DNA of 61,474 nucleotides from an uncultured Candidatus Saccharibacteria bacterium (GCA_964483315.1 CAZAAL010000003.1:90805-152278), one strand, 5' to 3'. Counted from the first letter of the stretch, positions 25,348 to 34,438 are shown. The notes: generated by a model not told the origin, from the sequence alone. A program made the numbers and translations.

Positions 25348-28300
25348 TTGTTTATCAGATCGTTTTCGAATTGAATTATTCCTTCGGCAGTTTTAGGGTA
25401 ATTTTGGGTATCGTTAAAATCTAAGTTCATGATTTTATCCCAGACCGATAGGATGAGTTTTTTAGTTCGTTCTAGCTCTTCGTTATTAAAACTCAGACTT
25501 AACTCACGGATTTTGCCATAACTATCTGGCTCAACGAATATCAAACATCCCGATTCGGCTCTTACGCCTTTTGCCCCGAACTCACTCGAGTTATCCATCA
25601 ATAGTTTATAGAAAAGTAGTTGCTGACGGTAGCGGTGGGACTTGATTCGATTATATTCTTTTGCGCTAGCTGGTTGCTCCCATGCTGATAATGCAGACCC
25701 GGTTTTATAGTCATAAACAATGCAACTTTTAGTGGATTTATCAAATTCTATAACATCAATTAGCCCTTTTAAACGGGCTGGTCCGACCAACACGCCCTGA
25801 TCTTTAAAATCAAATTCGGTTTTTTGGGCAGGCTTGAACCAGTTTGCCTTTTGAGTGATATAGCCATCAATAACTGCAATTCCCTGTTTAAGATAACGGC
25901 TTTTATCATTGGCTGATAACGGCTGTTGATCTAGTTTACTTTCAAACGATTTTTTGAGTTTATCTGTATCAATTTTTTGCGATTTTATAACCATGGCGTG
26001 TACCTCATTTAATATTGAATGGATAACACTACCATAGACCGCGCTTGGCGACATCGCACTTGGGAAGTGTAGGAGATTTTGGGTTAAAAAGTATATTGGT
26101 CCGCCCTGGGTAACGTCGGTAAAGTTGTTTAGGTGAGTTGCACTTAGTTTGTAGGAATCTAAGCTATCTTTTAAAAGCGATTTTAGTTGAGTTTTGTCAT
26201 AGCTTGCATGAGTACTTAGCCATCGTTGTTCGTATTGCTCAGAAACAATAGCAGGTTGGTGCTTAATCTTCGGCTGTTTGGGACTACCGATAGACAGCAG
26301 AGGTGCATATGGTTGGAAGGATTTAGCAAATTCGTCATTTTTAAAGTAGCTTAATGTTAGGTTTTGTTTAGCCCTGGTCATAGCCACAAACAACAATCTT
26401 AACCCATCATCATCTTGGTTATCGCTGGGTTTAATTTGGTTTAAATTTTCAGGATAAGCAAATCGGCTGTTGCCGGCATTTTTTGACCAAGATTGGTGGG
26501 TTAGACCGATTACAAATACATTCTCAAATTCGAGCCCCTTGGCTTTATGAACCGTCATCAACTTAACTGAGTCAGAGGTTTCATTATGTGGCGATTTATC
26601 TACCATTCTAAGTCCGGCACGTTGGTAGGCATCAAAGTAACTTATAAGATCACTTAGATATAGGGTCTTTGCTTGACTGTCCTGATAGCTTCTAAGGTTT
26701 GATCTTAACGTTGATAAATGCGATAAAAACCTTAGATAAATTTTGGGCTCGGTATTTAATGTCGAGCTACTAAAAAAGTAATCTTTAAATGGCGAAAAAA
26801 TTTTAGTTGATTTAGATTTTTTTTGAGCGGTATCTTCATAGTCGTCTTCGTTTTTATGTGCAGAGGTGCCGATTAGCTCGTCAAGCACACTTTCAACCGG
26901 CAATGATTTGGCTCGATTGGCCAAACGTACAAAAAAGTCGGCAATATTTTTGGTTTTTGGTGAGTCTAGCTCGTAGATTGCATCAAGCCAAAAAGTTTTA
27001 TTTTTGTATGCAACTTTCGAAATCTTCCAAATCTCAGCAGGTTCGACTTGCCACATTGGTTCTGAAATAATTCTTGGCATCAACTCATTTGCCCCAGAAT
27101 AATCTTGGCTTGAGAGCGAGTTTACAAGTCTGGCCATTTCAACAAGGGCTCTGATATGCTCTTGTTCTAATACATTCTCTCGTCGTTCGTAATCTATTGG
27201 TATATTCAGATGTCTAAGGTATGGCACTAATTCATCTAGTTGCGAACGTTCGCGTGCCAGAACTGCAGTGTCGGTATGTCCTAAATCTATTAATTGCCTG
27301 ATTTTATTAGCTATATCACTATTCTGGGCCGTATCGTAGTCATATTCGAACAGCTCTAATCCTTTGCCCTTTTGTTTTACAGTTGATGTTAGATTTTTAT
27401 TAATGGATTTTAAATTTTGCAATGAAAAGCTGATTTGTGAGTTGATTTGTTGAGCTGGGTCTAAAATTGATTTAGAACTACGGTAATTAACTCCAAGCTT
27501 TATTGTTTGATAGCCTGGGAACAGATGTTCAAATTCACCGATGTTACCTATATCGGCTCCCTGGAACCTATAAATCGCTTGATCGTCGTCGCCTACCACC
27601 AGTATATTAGTCTCGTTAGCCAGCTCATTAGCTAAATATCTTGCCAGCAATAACTGTGAACGGTTAGTATCCTGAAACTCATCAATCATAATAAATTGAA
27701 ACTGCTCTTTTAAGTTAAGAGCTAGCTCCGGCTCATTTTTCAGAACATCAAGAGTCCAGTTTATTTGATCGCTAAAATCAACCATACCCTTTTCTTTTAG
27801 TAGTTTTTGGTAGTTTTCATAGACTACAAGTACCTCTTTTAGCTTATTGTTTTGTGCTTGGGCTTTGAACTCCCAGCCGTCAGTAGTTTTTACAAGCCAA
27901 TTGTTTTTCCATGCGGTCAATGGTTTTGTTGCTGAACGACCAGGTAGTTCGGTCGATTCCTTAACAGCTTTACTAAGAGTTAGCGCAACAGAATTTTTTA
28001 AAGGTAGGATTGCTTCGACTACTGAAGCTTCACTGTCTAAATCGGAAAGCCCTTGTACAAGTTGGTAAACTTGATTGATATTTTTGACCGATAAGCTTAG
28101 TGGCCAGCTTTTTTTAAACATGGGCGTAAGTTCGTTGAGGTCGGATTGATTTTTATCGAGTATTTTCTTAACTTGCTCAGGGTCTAGATTGGCATTTTTG
28201 CAGTCATTAATAAAGTTTTTTACAAATCTTATACTTAGATAACTGTTATCAATCCCCTTTTTAACTAAATCACTATCAGGAGGCAAGTCATCTAATGCTT

Positions 28301-28679
28301 GCTCGATAAGTTGGTACGAACTTAACTCATCAGCAGTTTTACTCTGTCGTAATCCATAAAAATACTCTGGGTAAACCCCCATAATATACGAACCAAAAGC
28401 ATGAAAGGTAAAAACACCGACCTTAAAAGCATCCTGACCTATATATTTAATTAGTCGATCACGTAAGTTGTTTGATGCCGAATCTGTAAAAGTGAGGCAA
28501 AGAATATTGCTCGGCAAAACAGTTGGGTCCATCTTTAAAATATTGGCTGTTCTGATTGCCAAAAGTTGGGTTTTACCTGTACCCGGTCCAGCAATAACCA
28601 TTACAGGGCCATATATCGTATCTACGGCTTGCTTTTGATCGTCGTTTAGATTTTTATAGGCACTCTTAAACTCTTCCAC
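25344..28679 (-). CDS. UvrD/PcrA-type SF1 helicase fused to a C-terminal PD-(D/E)XK (RecB/Cas4-like) nuclease domain
   Basis: Walker A AGPGTGKT, motif II MIDEFQDTN, VGDDDQAIYRFQGA and TVHKAKGLEF. The C-terminal segment GLIDVIEFDK...IVYDYKTG resembles the RecB-nuclease D..D/E-x-K core. Confidence 0.85.
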   Translation of the reverse strand: MEEFKSAYKNLNDDQKQAVDTIYGPVMVIAGPGTGKTQLLAIRTANILKMDPTVLPSNILCLTFTDSASNNLRDRLIKYIGQDAFKVGVFTFHAFGSYIMGVYPEYFYGLRQSKTADELSSYQLIEQALDDLPPDSDLVKKGIDNSYLSIRFVKNFINDCKNANLDPEQVKKILDKNQSDLNELTPMFKKSWPLSLSVKNINQVYQLVQGLSDLDSEASVVEAILPLKNSVALTLSKAVKESTELPGRSATKPLTAWKNNWLVKTTDGWEFKAQAQNNKLKEVLVVYENYQKLLKEKGMVDFSDQINWTLDVLKNEPELALNLKEQFQFIMIDEFQDTNRSQLLLARYLANELANETNILVVGDDDQAIYRFQGADIGNIGEFEHLFPGYQTIKLGVNYRSSKSILDPAQQINSQISFSLQNLKSINKNLTSTVKQKGKGLELFEYDYDTAQNSDIANKIRQLIDLGHTDTAVLARERSQLDELVPYLRHLNIPIDYERRENVLEQEHIRALVEMARLVNSLSSQDYSGANELMPRIISEPMWQVEPAEIWKISKVAYKNKTFWLDAIYELDSPKTKNIADFFVRLANRAKSLPVESVLDELIGTSAHKNEDDYEDTAQKKSKSTKIFSPFKDYFFSSSTLNTEPKIYLRFLSHLSTLRSNLRSYQDSQAKTLYLSDLISYFDAYQRAGLRMVDKSPHNETSDSVKLMTVHKAKGLEFENVFVIGLTHQSWSKNAGNSRFAYPENLNQIKPSDNQDDDGLRLLFVAMTRAKQNLTLSYFKNDEFAKSFQPYAPLLSIGSPKQPKIKHQPAIVSEQYEQRWLSTHASYDKTQLKSLLKDSLDSYKLSATHLNNFTDVTQGGPIYFLTQNLLHFPSAMSPSAVYGSVIHSILNEVHAMVIKSQKIDTDKLKKSFESKLDQQPLSANDKSRYLKQGIAVIDGYITQKANWFKPAQKTEFDFKDQGVLVGPARLKGLIDVIEFDKSTKSCIVYDYKTGSALSAWEQPASAKEYNRIKSHRYRQQLLFYKLLMDNSSEFGAKGVRAESGCLIFVEPDSYGKIRELSLSFNNEELERTKKLILSVWDKIMNLDFNDTQNYPKTAEGIIQFENDLINN

Positions 28680-28710
28680 ATCAGTATTATCGCACGTTGG
28701 CAGTTTTGCT

Positions 28711-29172
28711 CTAAACTAAGTAGCCCTCTGGCTGGGTTTTGCAAATTGCCTCTACTTCTTTGCTGGTGTATTCAAGGCTATATTCTGGGGTTGCTAGCCC
28801 GATGACTAAACAGTTACCAATGTTACCTGCGACTTTGATGTTTAATTTGTATATTTGTTCTTGGTTTATTTCTCTGTCGCAAGTAACGGTACCAGCCTGT
28901 AAATCATTAAGGGACGCGCCCTTTAAACCAAGCCCACCCAAAACTTTATTTATATCAAGATAGCTACTTCGAAGCGATGCGCTTTCCCAGGTTGCTGGGT
29001 GCTCAATTCGGCATTCGGGGGTTTGTGGCAATGCATCCTCAGCCTTATTGGTGTTAAAGACATCACCAAATAAAGCAGCTGACGCTAAACCTAGGAAGAT
29101 CGCTGCGAGAGTTGATTTATTGCCTTTATTGCTTAACCCAGTCGCTGACTCCTTAGATTGACCTTTAGGCAT
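28711..29172 (-). CDS. Hypothetical small secreted/anchored protein
   Basis: 153 aa, with an N-terminal hydrophobic segment LAAIFLGLASAALF. Confidence 0.5.
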   Translation of the reverse strand: MPKGQSKESATGLSNKGNKSTLAAIFLGLASAALFGDVFNTNKAEDALPQTPECRIEHPATWESASLRSSYLDINKVLGGLGLKGASLNDLQAGTVTCDREINQEQIYKLNIKVAGNIGNCLVIGLATPEYSLEYTSKEVEAICKTQPEGYLV

Positions 29173-29247
29173 AGTTATATTTTAACGTAGTTTTTAGTCG
29201 TTTTTAACTAGTAGGCTAACTTAGATGAATTTTTGGATGTCACATTT

Positions 29248-30978
29248 CTATTGTCTGAGCCAAAGGATGTTGTCAAGATATGCAGTAGTGTTTCCTGCAC
29301 CGACAATTATCTGGAAACTAGCGTGTTTTACTATTGCAGAAGTTGGACTGTAGTTTAAGGATAGTTGATAGGTCCCAAGCGTGGATCTTTCAGCCAAATA
29401 TTGGCCTGATATCCAATTACCATTCGCGTCATATTCATCAACATAAAAACCGATAAAGCCAGTAGTACCTTGTGAAATAACTAGATAACAGTTAAGTTGG
29501 TAAACTTGACCAAAATTTACGGCTACTTTATCTGAAAACAAGTGTGAATTTCCTGCAGACTTGGAAACTAGTTTTACAGAGTTTTGGGGGTTGGTAGGTT
29601 CGCCCCTACCGGTGTTATCTTGTGTGACTTGTGCAGGTGAATCAGTAGCCCAGCCGTTCATACCACTTTCAAAGGTAGAGTTAGGCATAATATTTGTTGG
29701 AGCTGGTGGTGGCGTAACAGGAGTCCCAGTTGTACTAAACCACTCAAAGTTATCAACGAATGCAGTTAAAACTGATGCTTTTGGGACAACTAGCTGTAAA
29801 CGAGCGCTCTTAACATTTGTTGAGGTTGGTATATATGCAAATGACTTTTCTTCGGGGAAAAGCCAGGATACATTAGCCTTATATTGCCCTGAAACCCAAT
29901 TACCCAATGAATCGTATTCGTCTATGTAATAAGTAATGTCGCCACTTGTACGCTGGGTAATTTTTACATAGCTCTTTATTGCATAAGTATCACCAGAGTT
30001 AACATAAGTTTTTGGCGAAAACAAATGAACGTTTTTTGTAGCGTTACCAGTTAATCTTACAGAATTTGCAACGTTTGGTATTCGACCATTACTGGCAGTA
30101 TTAATTTTTACGTTAGTTGTGCTATCAGTTGTCCAACCGGCGCTAAGCCCACTTGCAAAATCACCGTTTGGCAGTAGGTTTGTGCTAGAAGATATAATGC
30201 CTTCAGAGACATTTTTTACAGGGACGTTTGCTTGCTTTACATAGTTTGCGATTGCGTCAAGATCAGCAGTTGAATATTCATACTCATTAGGATCAAGATT
30301 AGGCGAGTCCTGGATATCATGAAACACAAGTATCAGCCAAACACCGTTATCTCTGGCGTAGTCAATGTAAGCCTTAACCTGATCAACAGATACTCCAACC
30401 TGTACTTGCTGGACTCTAAGGATATAGTCGTTGTAGGGAAAGACATTATAACCAGTGTCATGAAAACCCCGGTGTGAGGTGTAGTACTTCGAAAGTAAAG
30501 CTAATGTTGCAGGATCATAGTCGCCTTCAGGGCTGGCAAATGCTGTTGGGTAGATACCTTGCGCGTTGAAGGCCGATTGGCTTTGGGTAATCTGTTTTAA
30601 TTTTTGATTAGCACCAAGTGTTGTCATTGGTTGATGGCTATTTGTGTGTGCTCCAATTTCCCAACCATAAGTATTCTTTAAAGCGTGAATCTCAGACCAA
30701 GTCATATAAACTCCCTGCTCGTCTGCTGGGCAGGTTCCGGTAGTACCAACACAAGCTGTTGGAACATAGTTAGTACCAGAGAATCCGTATTTTGCTAAAG
30801 TTGGAGCGGCTTTTGTAATCGAGCTTTGATATGCATCATCAAAAGTAAAAGATACCTTAGCGAAATTAGCAGTATCGGCGTAAGCCGAGCTAGCATTTAT
30901 ACTAAAAATGGAAAAACTTAAAACAAATGCAAAAAATAAAAACAGCATTTTTTTTATAGCACCAGACAATCTTGACAT
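29248..30978 (-). CDS. Secreted polysaccharide deacetylase (NodB/CE4) with two C-terminal carbohydrate-binding-module-like repeats
   Basis: Signal peptide, plus NodB motifs SFTFDDAY and HTNSH. Two repeats begin NLLPNGDFASGLSAGWTTDS and NIMPNSTFESGMNGWATDS (CBM4/9-like). Confidence 0.8.
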   Translation of the reverse strand: MSRLSGAIKKMLFLFFAFVLSFSIFSINASSAYADTANFAKVSFTFDDAYQSSITKAAPTLAKYGFSGTNYVPTACVGTTGTCPADEQGVYMTWSEIHALKNTYGWEIGAHTNSHQPMTTLGANQKLKQITQSQSAFNAQGIYPTAFASPEGDYDPATLALLSKYYTSHRGFHDTGYNVFPYNDYILRVQQVQVGVSVDQVKAYIDYARDNGVWLILVFHDIQDSPNLDPNEYEYSTADLDAIANYVKQANVPVKNVSEGIISSSTNLLPNGDFASGLSAGWTTDSTTNVKINTASNGRIPNVANSVRLTGNATKNVHLFSPKTYVNSGDTYAIKSYVKITQRTSGDITYYIDEYDSLGNWVSGQYKANVSWLFPEEKSFAYIPTSTNVKSARLQLVVPKASVLTAFVDNFEWFSTTGTPVTPPPAPTNIMPNSTFESGMNGWATDSPAQVTQDNTGRGEPTNPQNSVKLVSKSAGNSHLFSDKVAVNFGQVYQLNCYLVISQGTTGFIGFYVDEYDANGNWISGQYLAERSTLGTYQLSLNYSPTSAIVKHASFQIIVGAGNTTAYLDNILWLRQ

Positions 30979-31164
30979 AACAACTTACTCCTAATATTTA
31001 ATAGGTGATGCATAATGTCATCACCCACCTCTGATATTTTATTATTAAAAATCAGTATACAATACTTATGATAAATAATCAAGTTAGTTTTATAAAACTT
31101 AAAGATCTATGATAACTTTTAAGGATAAATTTAAATAGAGGATGTTACTTATTTTAAAATAGTA

Positions 31165-31193
31165 TTTACAAACGTACATACATATGTTAATAT
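31165..31193 (+). promoter_or_regulatory. Sigma70-like promoter TTTACA-N17-TAATAT
   Basis: Hexamers at 31165-31170 and 31188-31193 with a 17-nt spacer. The same hexamer pair occurs upstream of atpB. Confidence 0.45.
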
Positions 31194-31206
31194 ACATGTG
31201 TTATAG

Positions 31207-31237
31207 CGAGGGCGGTATTTCATACCACCTCGTTTTT
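31207..31237 (+). terminator. Intrinsic-terminator-like hairpin plus T5 in the leader of the LPNTG mini-ORF (possible attenuator)
   Basis: CGAGG-GC-GGTA / TTTCA / TACC-A-CCTCG followed by TTTTT. There is no upstream plus-strand gene for it to terminate. Confidence 0.5.
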
Positions 31238-31260
31238 AATTAACCCAAAAGGAGTTAGGG

Positions 31261-31437
31261 ATGACTGAAAATCCAGTAACCCCTGCTGTACTATCAACTA
31301 GTGGAGCAGTAGTTCTACCAAACACTGGTGGAAATAGCGTACTAACTGTTATTGCTATATCAGCAATTTTAGTTGGTGTTGCAATCCTTTTGACAATGGG
31401 TGCAAAATCCGTTGCTAAAAGGGTTTATAAAGCCTAA
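31261..31437 (+). CDS. 58-aa sorting-signal-only protein: short N-tail, LPNTG, hydrophobic helix, basic tail
   Basis: Manual translation: MTENPVTPAVLSTSGAVVLPNTGGNSVLTVIAISAILVGVAILLTMGAKSVAKRVYKA*. SD AAAGGAG ends about 7 nt upstream. There is an in-frame TAA at 31237-31239. Not in the supplied track because it is under 60 aa. Confidence 0.6.
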   Translation: MTENPVTPAVLSTSGAVVLPNTGGNSVLTVIAISAILVGVAILLTMGAKSVAKRVYKA

Positions 31438-31464
31438 ATTTGTTTAGGTTTTAGAGGTGGATAT

Positions 31465-32097
31465 ATGAAGAAAACGAGCATTAACTCAGCCCAAAGCGCT
31501 AAGTCCGATGCTCGTTTTTTTCGTGGACGTGGCATACATGATTTAATTTGGCTAGGTATCGGGCTAGTTGTTTGTGGGTTGATTGTACTTTTTAAAGATG
31601 GGCAGTTAGCAAACAATTTTACTTCTAGCTCAGCCAGCATAGTTTTTGCTTCAGCGCCCGATGAAGTAAAAAAACAACCAATATCAGGTATACCTACTTT
31701 TATAAGTGTAAGTTCAGTAGGTATTAACAATCTTGTTGTAGCCGAAGGTAAATACAGTCCAACGACAAAACAGTGGACACTTTCCAACGACAAAGCTCAC
31801 TTTGCAGAAATATCGACTCCGGCCAATGATACCAAAGGTAATACATTCATATACGGCCATTATCGACCAGGCGTTTTTGTTAATCTCAAAAAACTAAAAA
31901 CGGACGATCTTGCCGTAGTTAAAACGGACAACAATCGCTCATTCGTATATAAATTCAGGACAAGTGTAACTGTTCAGCCTAACGATGCAAGCACATTTGC
32001 CCATAAAGGAACGTCAATCTTGACTCTTCAGACTTGCACGGGGGCGTTTTTCCAGAATCGTCAATTATATATCTTTGACTTTGTGGAGGTAAAGTAA
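31465..32097 (+). CDS. Sortase-family transpeptidase
   Basis: N-terminal TM, His context FIYGHY, TLxTC motif ILTLQTCTG, and a downstream Arg (QNRQLYIF). Confidence 0.85.
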   Translation: MKKTSINSAQSAKSDARFFRGRGIHDLIWLGIGLVVCGLIVLFKDGQLANNFTSSSASIVFASAPDEVKKQPISGIPTFISVSSVGINNLVVAEGKYSPTTKQWTLSNDKAHFAEISTPANDTKGNTFIYGHYRPGVFVNLKKLKTDDLAVVKTDNNRSFVYKFRTSVTVQPNDASTFAHKGTSILTLQTCTGAFFQNRQLYIFDFVEVK

Positions 32098-32098
32098 A

Positions 32099-33436
32099 AT
32101 GTTGCAACAGCTAATTCTATATATGTTCATTTTTGTTGCTTTACTAAATATTTTACATTTTGGTTTGTTTCAGGTGGGTGCAAATCTTTACGATATAAAA
32201 GATTACAAGCGAAAATCACGACTACCAAAAAGGCGAAATCACAATCCTTTGGTTAGTGTTATAGTACCGGCGCATAACGAAGAATCGGTAATCACAAGGA
32301 CTCTGAGCACGATACTTAAAAGTAATTACAAAAATCTTGAGATTATCGTTGTTGATGATGGCTCAAAAGATAAAACAGCTTTAGTAGTACGAAATTTCAT
32401 ATCTGGCTTGCCGGAAAGGCGGAGATACTATCTTAGGAGAGACTGGCGTTCAGGAAAAATGCGAAGGATCAGCACAGGGCTTAGTTATACTGGTCCGGTT
32501 GTCAGGTTGGTTAAACAGCAAAACGGCGGTAAGGCATCAGCAATGAATAATGCCATTAAAAACCATGCTAGGGGCGAGCTTATAATGTGCCTTGATGCTG
32601 ACTCAGTTCTTAGCCCAGAAGCAATAAGGAATGCAGTTAATCATTTTAATGATCCAAAAGTTATAGGTGTTGCTGCTAATGTGACGATTATAAATCCAAA
32701 GGGCGTTTTAGGTGTTCTACAAAAGTTTGAGCACATGATTGGTTATCGATCAAAAAAGTTTTACACAATTGCAAACAGCGAATTTTTAGTTGGTGGAGTA
32801 GGTTCTACCTACCGCTCTGAAGTGTTAAAAAAGGTAGGCTTTTATGATGAAGACACAATTACCGAAGACATTGGTCTTAGCATGAAGATTGTAAGTGAGC
32901 TAGGCAACTTAGACCAAAAAGTAGTTTATGCTTCTGATGTTGTTGCGTCAACCGAAGCAGTAATGAGCTTTAATGATCTTTTAAAGCAACGTTATAGATG
33001 GAAAATGGGCAACCTACAAAACTTAATAAAATACAAGCATCTACTTGGTTCGCTTAAACGGCATAAATATAGTCGTGGGCTAACACTTTATCGTATCCCT
33101 ATGGCTATACTTGGCGAAGTATTATTATTGATGCAGCCATTTATGCTGGCCTATGTAACTTACCTAGCAATTGCCTATCAATCAATTGGAGTTTTTCTTG
33201 GTGCATATATTGTTATGTCGCTGGTTTCAATAATGGCATTATGGCCCGATGAAAATAACAGCTTTAAGCAGAAGCTGGGCTGGAGTCTAGCAATACCATT
33301 CCTATACTTCATATTTTTTATTATGGATGTAGTGCAAATAGTATCAGTCTTTAAATGCTTATTGAATCACAAAAAAATGCGTAGAATCGATAGCTCTAGT
33401 TCGACTTGGGTTTCACCAAAACGCGCAGGTGTTTAA
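32099..33436 (+). CDS. Processive family-2 glycosyltransferase (PgaC/IcaA/cellulose-synthase-like polysaccharide synthase)
   Basis: VSVIVPAHNEE, VDDGSKD, GGKASAMNNA, LDADS, TEDIGLS and QRYRW (QxxRW), flanked by N- and C-terminal TM helices. The start is 1 nt after the sortase stop. Confidence 0.85.
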   Translation: MLQQLILYMFIFVALLNILHFGLFQVGANLYDIKDYKRKSRLPKRRNHNPLVSVIVPAHNEESVITRTLSTILKSNYKNLEIIVVDDGSKDKTALVVRNFISGLPERRRYYLRRDWRSGKMRRISTGLSYTGPVVRLVKQQNGGKASAMNNAIKNHARGELIMCLDADSVLSPEAIRNAVNHFNDPKVIGVAANVTIINPKGVLGVLQKFEHMIGYRSKKFYTIANSEFLVGGVGSTYRSEVLKKVGFYDEDTITEDIGLSMKIVSELGNLDQKVVYASDVVASTEAVMSFNDLLKQRYRWKMGNLQNLIKYKHLLGSLKRHKYSRGLTLYRIPMAILGEVLLLMQPFMLAYVTYLAIAYQSIGVFLGAYIVMSLVSIMALWPDENNSFKQKLGWSLAIPFLYFIFFIMDVVQIVSVFKCLLNHKKMRRIDSSSSTWVSPKRAGV

Positions 33437-33457
33437 AAAGCTCGATATAATTACTGG

Positions 33458-34438
33458 ATGGCACAAATCACTAGTATGAACTTTGATTTACCCAATAATC
33501 TAATTGCGCAAAGGCCGGTGAGCCCGCGTGATCACGCCAGGCTTTTGATATATAACCGTGCTGACGGTTCAATAACTGATGACCATTTTTATAACCTGGG
33601 TAAATATTTAAACGCAGATACAGCACTTGTTGTGAATAATTCTAAAGTTGAAAAGTGCCGTTTAAAATTTGGAACCGATGAGGTTTTTGTTACTGAGACT
33701 ATTAATCCAACTACATTTAAGGCATTAGTCCGGCCTGGACGAAAATTTAGAGCAGATAAAATTTATAAACACGGCGTCATAGAGCTTGTAACTACTGATG
33801 TACTCGATGATGGACAAAGAATATTAAGATCAAATTTTTCAATAGATGATAAGAGGTATGACAAATATCGCTTAACTCCCCTACCGCCATATATTAAGCA
33901 AGATGAATCACTATCTGACGAATACCAAACTGTCTATGCAGAACCTTTAGGCTCGAAAGCATCGCCAACAGCTGGACTCCATTTTACAAAAAATCAGCTT
34001 AGTGAATTGTCTAAAAAACATCCAATTGCACATATTACCCTACACGTGGGGCTCGGGACATTTAAATCGCCAACCCCAGATCAGATTAAAAACTTAAAAC
34101 TACACGAAGAAGAGTTTTTTATCTCGGCTGAATCAGCAGACCGACTAAACTCAGCACAACACATTACCGCGGTTGGTACTACGTCACTTAGGTCTCTTGA
34201 ATCCGCCGGCAAGCCATTTAAAGAGATAAACGCAAAAACCGATATTTTTATTACGCTTGGGTACGAGTTTAGTGCAGTTGATAGTTTAATTACTAACTTT
34301 CATTTGCCGGGTACATCGCTTTTAATGCTGGTGTCGGCTTTTGTTGGATCAGAAAAAGAAGCCCAAAAAATATACAACCATGCGATTAACGGCTCCTATA
34401 GATTTTATTCGTTTGGTGATGCGATGTTGATTTTGTAA
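33458..34438 (+). CDS. queA: S-adenosylmethionine:tRNA ribosyltransferase-isomerase
   Basis: N-terminal FDLPNNLIAQRPVSPRDHARLL, AGLHFT, VGTTSLRSLES and the C-terminal FYSFGDAMLI. Confidence 0.9.
   Translation: MAQITSMNFDLPNNLIAQRPVSPRDHARLLIYNRADGSITDDHFYNLGKYLNADTALVVNNSKVEKCRLKFGTDEVFVTETINPTTFKALVRPGRKFRADKIYKHGVIELVTTDVLDDGQRILRSNFSIDDKRYDKYRLTPLPPYIKQDESLSDEYQTVYAEPLGSKASPTAGLHFTKNQLSELSKKHPIAHITLHVGLGTFKSPTPDQIKNLKLHEEEFFISAESADRLNSAQHITAVGTTSLRSLESAGKPFKEINAKTDIFITLGYEFSAVDSLITNFHLPGTSLLMLVSAFVGSEKEAQKIYNHAINGSYRFYSFGDAMLIL

Noticed and set aside
31001-31025. Hairpin GGTGATG-N8-CATCACC just upstream of the deacetylase start
   Set aside because: It is a short 7-bp stem with no T-tract on either strand. 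It may be a 5'-UTR structure, but there is not enough evidence to call it a feature.
31434-31793. 119-aa minus-strand ORF
   Set aside because: It is antisense to the sortase gene (His/TLQTC/Arg motifs on the plus strand).
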